The notes under the pieces were generated by a model. That model did not search any database and was not told the DNA's origin. It saw nothing but the letters and a program-made list of their open reading frames with translations. Of a stretch of DNA of 64,000 nucleotides, positions 26,766 to 37,591 are shown in pieces (the stretch's first letter is position 1; every line of letters begins with the position of its first letter). The stretch comes from Eledone cirrhosa (lineage: Eukaryota): contig OZ024743.1 in NCBI GenBank assembly GCA_964016885.1, positions 291,586,001-291,650,000 on the forward strand, in the 5' to 3' direction. Position numbers and translations under genes: made by a program.

Positions 26766-26825
<60 letters not shown>

Positions 26826-27280
26826 AATATAATATTATTATATATATATATGCCAAAGATACGGCACGAGGTCAGTATACTTGAAATTTAAAAGAGAGTC
26901 ATGTATTCCTTTTTTTTTCTTCTTCATTTGCCTCACATTCCTGGACTTTTATTAAAATCACCAACCTCTCTGCTTTCTCATTAATGGTACTTGTGGAGTA
27001 CAATAGGCATAGCAGACAGATGCATTTGAAGGCGTGCAATCGTATTAATTAAAAATTTTCGAATGAAAATCGAAGGTCAGTGTGCAGCTGAGTTTGATCA
27101 GTCATATAATGTATTGACTCCACTAATTTACGCTCCGTTTGTCAAATCTATATAATCGTGATTAATAACAACATTGCCAAATCCAAGTATTTGTAAGATT
27201 TACTTTCATAATCATTATTTCAAATTTATCTTATTGCCATTGATTTTCATGAGTTGGCTATTATTATTATTATTATTATT

Positions 27281-29202
27281 GTTCTTTGAGTCTCAGTCAT
27301 TGATGTTAGTTAAGTGGAAAGTTTGTTGAAATGAATATCAAGCCACTACCTTCAGCCTCAGATATTCAGGACGTATCGGAGGGTTCTTGCTGTTCCCAGC
27401 AAGCAAGCCTTTTGAAGCGTTCCAAAAAAGCATGGCGGAGCAAATTTTCTTTAACCATCCCTGGAAACTTTTTGAGATAGTACCGAGTGCACCTATGACA
27501 ATCGGGACCACTTTGACCTCATGGCAGTTCCAAATTCGTTTTACCTCCCACTTTAAGTCCTGGTATCGGTTAATTTTCTCCCTCTCCTTCTCTTGCACTC
27601 TCGTGTCGAATGGGCAGGCCACATCCACAATCAGGCACGATCTTTTTTCTTTGTCCACAACCACCAGGTCAGGTCTATTGTGTTCCAGTTTTTTGTCCGT
27701 CTGTATCCTGAAATCCCACAGCACCTTCACCTGATCGTTTTCTATCACCGACTCTGGCTTATGCTCATACCACTTCTCAGAATGTGGTAAATTGTTTACT
27801 TTGCATAGGTGCCAGTGGATCACCCTGCCCATCACATCATGTCTCCAGCCTTTATATTGAGTCTGGGTTAGGTGTTTACACTCGGATACAATGTGAGCCA
27901 AGTCTCCTCTCTCTCTCCAAAAATCCTGCACCACAGTGGGCCAGCCTCCTCCTTGTAAATATGGTGTTTCAACCACTTCGTTTTGAGGGCCTGCTCTTGC
28001 GCAGCCATTAGCATTCCTTCTGTAGCCTTTTTAAGGTCTCCTCTTTTCAACCAGTTCCATGTCTAAGGATCTCTAAATTCAGTTTTCTCAAAGAGGGCAC
28101 TATGAAGGGATTTTTCATGAAGGCTGCCATTTCTCCTTATTATTTCCTCCTTGGACATACCCTGGTCTATTGTCCTCTCCTTCAGTACAATTCTGAACAT
28201 TGGCTCCTTACTATCAGTAACGTATTCATGTATGTTGTTTTTCTCCATCTGAACACAGTCCTCTATGCTCATAAGACCTCTTCCACCTTCAAATCTCATT
28301 AAGTAGAGTCTATCGACATCACTACTCTTGTGGAATATGTTGTAGATAGTCAATAGCTTCCTAGTCTTCCTATCCATTTCTTTTTGTTCAACACATTCCA
28401 TCTCAGAATTCCCGCACTGTACCTAATAATAGACACAGCTCGGGAATTTACTGCACTTATGGCATTCCTACTGTTCATATGTGACATTTATGGCATTCCT
28501 ACTGTTCATACTTATGGCATTATGTGACACTTATGGCATTCCTACTGTTCATACGCTCCTACTCTCCGAATGTATTCAGATCTTATCAATTCCTTCATTG
28601 TTTTGTTGTTGATGTCATCAGCCTCCAGAACACCCAAATACTTGTATCCTCCTTCAGTGTCAATTTCCTTTATCCTCTCACCTGTTTGTACCTGGATTCC
28701 GTTGCTTCTGCTCAATTTACCCCTCTTCATCACAAGGACACCACACTTTCTAATACCAAATTGCATACATATATCATTGCTGAAAGTACGGACAGTGTCA
28801 ACAAGCATATCCAACTCCTTCTCACTCTTCCCGAAGAGCTTAACATCGTCCATGAAGGGGAGGTGATTGATGTTAAGTTCTCCCTTTCCCAAATTGTATC
28901 CTGCTCTCACTTTTCGCAGTATAATGGTTATGGGCATCAGGGCAAGGACAAACAACAGAGGGGACAGACTATCTCCCTGGGATATACGTCTCTTGATCTT
29001 CATGCATCCCAAGGATTCTCCAGCTGATGTTAACTCTGTTTTTCCAGGACTTCATACTTTTGCCCAACAACTGTCTGATGTTATCTGCCACCTTGAAGAA
29101 CTCGACGCTTTTGGTGATACAAGATTGAGGCACCATGTCAAATGCCTTTTTGTAGTTTATCCATCCCATGGCAAGACCTGTGTATCTTCTCTTGCAATTC
29201 CT
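27281..29202 (-). mobile_element. R4/Dong-like non-LTR retrotransposon copy 1, 5'-truncated and frameshifted
   Basis: SQGDSLSPLLF, FMDDVKLF, YKYLG, HIVSEC, HNRPDLVV, DVACPFD...EK (RT, CCHC, RLE); (AAT)n at both ends. Confidence 0.9.
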
Positions 29203-29221
29203 ATTATTATTATCATTATTG

Positions 29222-30840
29222 TTCTTTGAGTCTCAATCATTGATATTATTTAACCGAAAAGTTTGTTGAAATGAATATCAAGCCGCTAACTGCAGCCTCA
29301 GATATCCAGGACGTATCGGATGATTCTTGCTGTTCCCAGCAAGCATGCCTTTTGAAGCGTTCCAACAAGCGTGAAGGGGCCGATTTTCTTTAACCATCCC
29401 TGGAAACCTTTGGAGATAGTCCCCAGTGCGCCTATGACAATCGGGATCACTTTGACTTCATGGCAGTTCCAAATTCGTTTTACCTCCCACTTTAAGTCCT
29501 GGTTATCGGTTAATTGTCTCCCTCTCCTTCTCTTGCACTCTCGTGTCGAACGGGCAGGCCACATCCACAGTCAGGCACGATCTTTTTTCTTTGTCCACAA
29601 CCACCAGGTCAGGTCTATTGTGTTCCAGGTTCTTCTCCGTCTGTATCCTAAAATCCCACAGCACCTTCACCTGACTGTTCTCCATCACCGCCTCTGGCCT
29701 ATGCTCATACCATTTCTCAGAATGTGGTAGATTGTTTACTTTAAACAGGTGCCAGTGGATCACCCTGCCCATCACATCGTGTCTCCAGCCCTTATAGTGG
29801 GTCTGGGCTAGGTGTTTACACTCGGACACAATGTGGGCCACAGTCTCCTCTCTCTCTCCACAGATCCTGCACAGTGGGCTAGCCTCCTCCTTGTAGATAT
29901 GGTGCTTCAACCACTTCGTTTTGAGGGCCTGCTCCTGCGCAGCCATTAGCATTCCTTCTGTAGCCTTTTTGAGGTCTCCTCTTCTCAACCAGTTCCATGT
30001 CTGTGGATCTCTAAATTCAGTTTTCTCAAAGAAGGTACTATGAAGGGATTTTCCCTTAAGGCTGCTCTTCCTCCTTGATGTTATTTCCTCCTTGGATATC
30101 CCCTGGCCTACTGTCCCCTCCTTCAGTACAGCTCTGAGCATTGGCTCCTTACTATAGGTCACGTATTTGTATAGGTTAGGTTATTTTTCTCCATCTGAAC
30201 ACAGTCCTCTATGCTGATAAGACCTCTTCCACCCTCAGATCTCCTTAGGTAGAGTCTATCGACATCACTCCTCTTGTGGAACATGTTGTAGATAGTCAAT
30301 AGCTTCCTAGTCTTCCTATCCATTTCTTTTTGTTCAGCAACATTCCATCTCAGAATTCCCGCACTGTACCTAATAATAGACACAGCTCGGGAATTTACTG
30401 CGCTTATGGCATTTCTGCTGTTCAGATGTGACTTCAATACGCTCCTTACTCTCCGAATGTATTCAGTTCTTAACAATTCCTTCATTTTTTTGTTCTTTAT
30501 GCCATCAGCCTCCAGAACGCCCAAATACGTGTATCCTTCCTCAGAGTCAATTTCCTTTATCATCTCACCTGTTGGTATCTGGATCCCGTTACTTCTGCTC
30601 AACCTACCCCTCCTCATCACAATGACTGCACATTTACCAATACCAAACTGCATACATATATCACTGCTGAAAATACGGACAGTGTCAACAAGCACATCCA
30701 ACTCCTTCTCACTTTTCCCGAAGAGCTTAAGATCGTCCATGAAGAGGAGGTGATTGATGGTAAGCTCTCCCCTTCCCAACTTGTATCCTGCTCTCACTTT
30801 TCGCAGCATAATGGTCAAGGGCATCAGGGCAAGGACAAAC
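29222..30840 (-). mobile_element. R4/Dong-like copy 2, 5'-truncated
   Basis: LFMDDLKLF, CRICGEREETVAHIVSEC, HNRPDLVV; same 3'UTR as copy 1; flanked by (AAT)n. Confidence 0.9.
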
Positions 30841-31089
30841 AATTATTATTATTATTAATATTATTATTATTATTATTATTGACGAAAGTGGATGTACGTT
30901 TTTTGAAGCTCCGTGAGTAAGCAATTTTTGAGGATTAATTGTAGAGAATTGTTTATTTTTTGTACCGCTGAAGCATTATAAGACATTAATTTGTATCCTG
31001 TGAAGGAATAACTCATAATATTTGGGCCTTTTGGCCCAAATATTTGAACTTTATTTTGAAAAAAATAATAATTTTTTTCTCAAAAAAAC

Positions 31090-32999
31090 ATGGCGGAGCC
31101 ACGCCCCCTAGAGGCGGGTCTGCTGTCGTGCAACGGCGACTTGAGCGTTGAGAGGAGAGGTGAGGCGAGGAGCGCCACCAGCACGAATGTGAGCAGCGAC
31201 AGTGCCAGCACCAACGGGCCGAGCGGCGCGGAAGGTGGTAACAGCGACAACACCAACACCAACAAGCCGAACAGCGCAGAAGGTGGTAATAGCGAGAGCA
31301 CCAACAAAACGAACAGCACAGAGAGTAATAGTAGCGACAGCAGCAGCACCAACAAGGCCAACAGCACAGAAGGTAACCACGACACAGGGGAGAACAACAA
31401 CAGCAATAGCAGCAGCAACACCAACAAGAACAACAACAGTGACAACACCAACAAGAACACTTTCGCTGCTGTGGCAGCGGCTAAAAGGAGACCATGCTAC
31501 AGCATCGACTTAACCAACAGAGAGGAAAAGTTGGCCCAGGCCTGGAAAATCATAAATCAAGAGCAGACCTGGGCAAACTTAACTGTCCCGGCAGAAGCCA
31601 TTGAGGCAGTGGAAAAAAGAACGGTGCATTTCAGATGCATCTCAGTAGAGACAAAGAGGGCAGCGATAATCGCCCAAGCTGACATAGAAGCCGCACTGAA
31701 ATACATCAGAGAGGACACAGACTTCATAGAGAGGGGCAGGCAATACGGCACCGTTTCGGTGCTGTTCAAGTCTGAAGCCCTCGCTGTGAAGCATTCAATG
31801 ACCCCTTGCAAAACCAGCAAGGTCATAATGTACCCCTCCCACATGGGAAAACGAATAGCACGTGTGCGCATTCCCAGGATTCCACCAGGACTTGATATGT
31901 GGTGGCTCCTGGGTTGCGTAATCGTGGAAGGAACGGATACAGTCCCGGTAGAGGCAACGAGAACTGCCAGAGACGACTGGTCCGGGGTTGATCTGGAGAT
32001 ACTGCTCCAAATCAGACCCGAAAACGTAAAAACAATCCCGGACCACATCCGCCTCCAAAACGGGAGGGTGTTGCATATAATGACTGAGGGCAAAAGGCCG
32101 CATTGTTTCCTTTGTGGGGAAACGACACACTTGCGAGCCTTCTGCCCTCAACTGCCGAAAAGCGCAAGGGGTCGAAAGATTCCACTGCTGGCGACGCCGG
32201 GACAAGGACCACCAGCAACACCGTCAACAATGGAACCACCAAAATTGCACACCCAGGGGGGAAACGAGGAAAGCTCTCCCATTCCCTCTCCCCCCCAAAA
32301 TACACACACGAACAAGAACATAAACACTCACTCAGACACAAACACGCTCACAGCCACAGACCCCTCATCCTCCAGCAGTGAAGATGAGGGAAAACCAAAG
32401 TCCCCCAAAATACAAAAAACAAAACACAAAAAAAAAAGAAATCCACAAAGCACAAACACCCCCACAAAAAAAATACACACACCACCCACACAAACATTTT
32501 CCCCACAGCATCACCAACACAACCACCAAAATCCCCCAAACGCAAACAAGCTAAACAGACACAAGAACAAATAGACACACAAACATCAGAAACTACAGAC
32601 ACCCCACCCACAACAAACGCAGACACAATAGAAACAACACTAACAAAGCTATCACCACCACAATCACACGAACAAATAAAACCCGAGCAACAAAACATTA
32701 AAAACTTCGTGCTTGCCAGAAGGGCCAACAAGGAATTGATGGCCCATGTAGCACGAAGCACAAACATCGAAAAAGACGGGGAAACATTTGAAGCGAGCAC
32801 ATTTCGCGTACCAGATAATTTGCTTCTGATGCGAATGTCGCTCGCTTCATACAAAGAAATTCGAAAGAGCTTTCCTCGGGATGTGGGAACCCCGAACGTA
32901 AAACCCACGTCAAGACTATTAAAGGGGTTCCCAAAAGAAACCCCACAAACCATGGAGGTCGAACCACCCGACCTTCACAAGACCCCGGAAGGTAAGTAA
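31090..32999 (+). CDS. Tx1 ORF1 (gag-like nucleic-acid-binding protein), split by a single frameshift
   Basis: 494-aa ORF with S/N/T-rich N-terminus and CFLCGETTHLRAFC; -1 frame stays open from the A10 run at ~32428 to TAA at 32999. Confidence 0.8.
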
Positions 33000-33028
33000 A
33001 CCTTTCCTCTCCCATTCATCCTGCCAGC

Positions 33029-36000
33029 ATGGCCATAAGAGTAGGAAGTTTAAATGTTCGTGGCCTGGGGTCGCCCTGGAAGCAAGGTCACTTGCTCAAC
33101 GACCTCAGGTCACTAGGAATGGATGTAATTGCCATCAGCGAGACCAGAATTTCCGACACACGCGCACTGGCGCCGATTTTCGACGATTATCAGATCTTTG
33201 CATCTGTTAGTCGGCCGGGAATGGGAGGTGGAGTGGCTGTGCTGTTTAGGAAATGTCTGGATCTCGAGGTAAGGTCAATCTTCCGGGATCCTGACGGAAA
33301 GTTGGTGGTCCTGGACGTGAGCAATAGCGAAGGTGGTGCCTTTAGACTGGTGGCCGTCTACGCCCCTACTGGGGCCGGTCGGCCGGACTTCTTTAGGCGC
33401 CTGGAAAACTTTCTGCTTACGTCTCGCCCTTTACTGTTAATAGGGGATTGGAATGGCATCTTAGAAGCACGCTGGGATTGTGTGGGAGTATCTGATAGGA
33501 GCGGGGGGTGCAAAAGCCTCAAGTACCTGATCAGCCAGTTTCAACTGTCTGACAGGTACCGACTAGATTTCCCTAATGCGCCAGTATGGACCTGGACCAA
33601 TCGCATAGGGTCATCTAGATCGTACATAGATAGGATTTTCATTAGGAAAAGAGATAGAAATAGTGTAGGATGTCCACATTTTAAAACGGTTGCCTATTCA
33701 GATCACAAGCTTGTGATCTGTATGGTCGACCTAGATAAGACACGTAGGTTAGGACCTAGCTACTGGAAGCTAAACATGTCGTTTCCGGCACGTAAAGCTT
33801 ACAGGGACCGGGTCAACAACTTAGTTAAGCAAAAGTTGACAGGGGGGGTTGTCAACAACAGGTGGTGGGGGGCACTCAAAAGAGAGATTAGAGCAACCTC
33901 GATAGGATTTAGCAAAGAAGTAGCAATAGAGAAAAATAGAAAGGAGGAGGGGCTGATAGCTAAGTTAGACGAGGCTATTTGTAGTGGCATTGCAACAGAC
34001 GTGCTAGCGGCGAGAATGGCACTAGACCATTTCTTCAATGCGAAACACGAAGGTTGCATTGTCAGAGCTAAGGCGCGTGCTCTGAGGAACGAGGGAACCA
34101 AAGCTGCCCGATGGGCTCGCTTTGCAGAGACGCAGCGTGGAAATAAAACCACAATTCGGTCTTTGACGGATCGAGATGGACACGAACTGAGCGATTCCAA
34201 GCAGATGTGTGAGGCCTTTCGCCAGCACTTTGCTCGATTGTTCGGGAGGATGGGTGAGTCGGAGACGGCGGCGGACTTCAGTCCCTACCTCGACGGCTTG
34301 CCACGCCTCTCGACGGCCGACGCTGAGCGCTGCGAAGAGCCGATAACATCAGCCGAAATTCAGGACGCCCTTGTCGGCTGCTCGAGTCGCAAGTCACCCG
34401 GTTTGGATGGTCTGCCCTACGAGCTTTACGTAAATATGCCAGACTTGTTCTCCGATCTCCTCGAAGCGCTCTACTGCAACTGGCAGCAGAACGGGAGCAT
34501 TCCCAGTTCTGTGAGCCGTGGCGTAGTGACGCTGATAAGGAAAGACGAGAACAAGAGGGACACACTAGATAATTTCAGGCCCATAACCCTGCTCAACACA
34601 GAGTTTAAGATTTTGGCCAAGGTGTTAGCGAAAAGGTTGGCGCTTGTCGTCAAAGATTTGGTTGGGGAGGCGCAAACTTGCGCAATCCCGACCAGGTCCA
34701 TACACGACAACCTCCACCTCATGCGATACATCATAGAGAGGGTTGGGTGCAAACCTGGCTTCGGTGGGGCTCTGATCAATTTAGATCAATCGAAAGCATT
34801 CGATAGGGTCGACCATCGGTACTTGGAGGCTGTCCTCGAGGCGGCTGGCTTCGGCCCCGTCTTCAGAAGCTGGATCGCTGCAATGTACAGCGGCATCCGC
34901 TCGGTGGTCAAAGTTAATGGCCACCTCTCGGAACCGTTTCAGATCTCTCGATCGGTCCGTCAAGGGTGCCCTCTCTCCTCACTTCTGTACGTATTGACTC
35001 TTGAGCCTCTACTGCGGAAGCTGGAGTTGTTGCAGGGCATCCCGCTCGAACCGGGACGTAGAAAGGCTGCGTCCGCTTATGCGGACGACATCACCGTGAT
35101 GGTGTCGGACACCTCGGAAATCGAGGTGATCCGCACCCATTTGGAGGAATATGAAAGGTTGACGGGAGCAAAACTTAACCCGGAAAAGTCGGTGGGCTTG
35201 CAGCTCGGCACCTGGAGAGGCAAGTCCATGCCGTCCAACAGCGTCGTTGGGCGCTGGACAGACGGACCGGTAAAGTTGCTCGGGGTTTGGTTCGGACCAG
35301 ACCTCCAGGTGGATAAGAATTGGGACGAGGTGACGAGCAGGATAGCCAACCTCACCCAGAAATGGGCTGAGAGAAAGCTATCACTGAAAGGGCGGGCGGA
35401 GGTGGCGAACGCGTACATCGCGTCCGTCATCTACTACCGCCTGACCGTCGTGCCTTGCCCCCGTCCACGCCTCGCCAATTTGGAACGGCTCCTTTTCAAA
35501 TTTTTGTGGAGGGGACGGGTCCCGTTGGTGAGGCGGTCCATCTGCTGCCAGCACCCTCTTCGTGGAGGGCTGGGCATGCCGTGGCTAATGATGCGCAGAC
35601 ATGCGCTGAGGCTGCGACATCTCCAGATATTTTGCCTAAACGGTGAACAGGTGTGGTCGCCGTTTGTTAGACGGGCCTTTCCGCAGCTCATCTCTTTGAC
35701 TGAGCTGCAGTCCTGGGTCAAGAAGAGACCGAGACTGGGCGACTGGCATCTGGAATGTTGCCAGGCGCTCACTGCACTCTGCAAGGTGGGCAATGCGGTC
35801 AGTGGAACTTCCACTCAAGATTTCTATAGAGGATTAGTGGAGGGCAAGTGCGATGACGTACTAGGAGAGGCTCTGGGCGTCAACGAAGTAGAACTGACCA
35901 GTATGTTCCGGAGGACTTTCGAGCCGGGGACGATGGATAACTTCCAGAAATCCCTCGCTTGGCAGTGCTACCGGGGGGCGCTGCCGGTTCGGGATAAACT

Positions 36001-36406
36001 CTACAGGCACGGAAGTGCTGTCAGACGAACCTGCCCGAGATGCGCGCAGAGCGACGAAACCGTTCTGCACGCACTCGTCCAGTGTCCGTGCATTGCTGAC
36101 TTGTGGGGTTATGTCGAACAGCTATTGTCGCGTGTAGAACGGATCCGGCTATCGTCCGAGTCCATAGTGAAGATTGACCCGCCGCCTTCTTTTGGTCAGG
36201 AAGGGCAGGCAATTTTCCTCTGCCTGGTGGCAGTAGCGAAAGAGGTTGCATGGTGGACCAGGTTGAAAGGACTGAAGACAGACACTTTTCTCTTCGGCCA
36301 ATCCCTCATCAACTTCTTCAAGTTTCACTTGGAAAGGAAGGTGAGGGTGGAGAGAGAAGTGCTGCCCCCCAGTACATTTACTGAAAGGTGGGTGAATGTG
36401 GCCTGA
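33029..36406 (+). CDS. Tx1 ORF2: AP endonuclease, reverse transcriptase, C-terminal zinc finger
   Basis: 1125 aa; SLNVRGL, GDWN, IDRI, SDH, FRPITLLN, QGCPLS, AYADD, CPRC...ETVLHALVQC. Confidence 0.95.
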   Translation: MAIRVGSLNVRGLGSPWKQGHLLNDLRSLGMDVIAISETRISDTRALAPIFDDYQIFASVSRPGMGGGVAVLFRKCLDLEVRSIFRDPDGKLVVLDVSNSEGGAFRLVAVYAPTGAGRPDFFRRLENFLLTSRPLLLIGDWNGILEARWDCVGVSDRSGGCKSLKYLISQFQLSDRYRLDFPNAPVWTWTNRIGSSRSYIDRIFIRKRDRNSVGCPHFKTVAYSDHKLVICMVDLDKTRRLGPSYWKLNMSFPARKAYRDRVNNLVKQKLTGGVVNNRWWGALKREIRATSIGFSKEVAIEKNRKEEGLIAKLDEAICSGIATDVLAARMALDHFFNAKHEGCIVRAKARALRNEGTKAARWARFAETQRGNKTTIRSLTDRDGHELSDSKQMCEAFRQHFARLFGRMGESETAADFSPYLDGLPRLSTADAERCEEPITSAEIQDALVGCSSRKSPGLDGLPYELYVNMPDLFSDLLEALYCNWQQNGSIPSSVSRGVVTLIRKDENKRDTLDNFRPITLLNTEFKILAKVLAKRLALVVKDLVGEAQTCAIPTRSIHDNLHLMRYIIERVGCKPGFGGALINLDQSKAFDRVDHRYLEAVLEAAGFGPVFRSWIAAMYSGIRSVVKVNGHLSEPFQISRSVRQGCPLSSLLYVLTLEPLLRKLELLQGIPLEPGRRKAASAYADDITVMVSDTSEIEVIRTHLEEYERLTGAKLNPEKSVGLQLGTWRGKSMPSNSVVGRWTDGPVKLLGVWFGPDLQVDKNWDEVTSRIANLTQKWAERKLSLKGRAEVANAYIASVIYYRLTVVPCPRPRLANLERLLFKFLWRGRVPLVRRSICCQHPLRGGLGMPWLMMRRHALRLRHLQIFCLNGEQVWSPFVRRAFPQLISLTELQSWVKKRPRLGDWHLECCQALTALCKVGNAVSGTSTQDFYRGLVEGKCDDVLGEALGVNEVELTSMFRRTFEPGTMDNFQKSLAWQCYRGALPVRDKLYRHGSAVRRTCPRCAQSDETVLHALVQCPCIADLWGYVEQLLSRVERIRLSSESIVKIDPPPSFGQEGQAIFLCLVAVAKEVAWWTRLKGLKTDTFLFGQSLINFFKFHLERKVRVEREVLPPSTFTERWVNVA

Positions 36407-36705
36407 ATGGCCCGCGTGAGTGGGCCTACTCTGATCATGCGCCTGTAGGCTGGTGAATTCGAGAAGGAGAGGGGTGCCCTTCCCGGGTGCCCTAGGAGCG
36501 TCGGGTGGCTCAGGACTGGTGGGGTGCTTGAGTCAACCCTGGGTGGTGATCCCTCTTATTGGGGAACTTTCATTGTTGTATTTTTATTGTTATTTTGTTT
36601 TTATTTTTTTGTTATTTATACTTACTCGATCTCTATGTAAACCCCCACTGTCCCTGTCTATTGTGTTGTCCCCTATATGTCGGCCCTTGTGGCCAATAAA
36701 TGAAA

Positions 36706-36707
<2 letters not shown>

Positions 36708-36740
<33 letters not shown>

Positions 36741-36741
36741 T

Positions 36742-36826
<85 letters not shown>
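36708..36826. repeat. (ATT)n then (GTA)n microsatellite
   Basis: Directly visible. Confidence 0.95.
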
Positions 36827-37591
36827 CAGCACTTTGTCACGCAGAAAATGATAGAAAATGAAAATTCACCGGAATATTTAGTCATTACTAATCTTATTAT
36901 TAGTATTTAGAAACTTCCGAAAGAATGGTGGGAATGTGTGGAATGTGGTGATGCTGTTAATGATGATATTGAAACCGATTATGGTTATTGCGATGGTGAC
37001 GTATATGGTTATGATGAAAGCTAATATCGATAGTGTTACTGCTGATGCCAGCGTCGATATTGGCAGTAGTTATGAATGTTCACACTATTATCGTGTATAT
37101 AGCAGTGATGTTTCCGGTGTTGACAACATTGATATAGATGTTGCTTTCGAGTTTTGCTACGATGTATCGATAACCTCTTTCAAATCTTTCGATTTATGAG
37201 GATAGCTGTTCCAACTATATGTTATAGCGGCATTATTTCTATCGTTCATTCAGATATGTTCGAAATTGGTATGGTCATCCTGTATTCAAACATTGTTCAA
37301 TTTCTCCACTCATAAATATTAACGTTAGCTTAAAACAACGTTCGGTTAAAACATCGAATTAATGTTGTGAAATGACACAGTTATTAGAGCTTTATATCCG
37401 GGATCTGGTGGATTAGTTTCCGGTTCTGTACTATATATATATATATATATAACGAAGGAGTTGTGGTAAGGAACCAGATGGACGATAACACACGAATGTA
37501 CTCAATACTTATGTTAGTAGACTGGGTAATAGGAGAAAGTATGTGGGGTTACAAGGGGTTAGAGGCTCGGATATAAGATATTATATATATA

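Larger units (their letters stand above)
30881..36707 (+). mobile_element. Near-intact Tx1/L1-clade LINE
   Basis: 5' leader, ORF1 with CCHC knuckle, ORF2 APE-RT-zinc finger, AATAAA at 36695-36700; (ATT)n on both sides. Confidence 0.93.

Noticed and set aside
31080-36251. Antisense and alternate-frame ORFs over the Tx1, CRE and Gypsy elements
   Set aside because: Shadows of GC-rich or low-complexity coding sequence with no independent motifs
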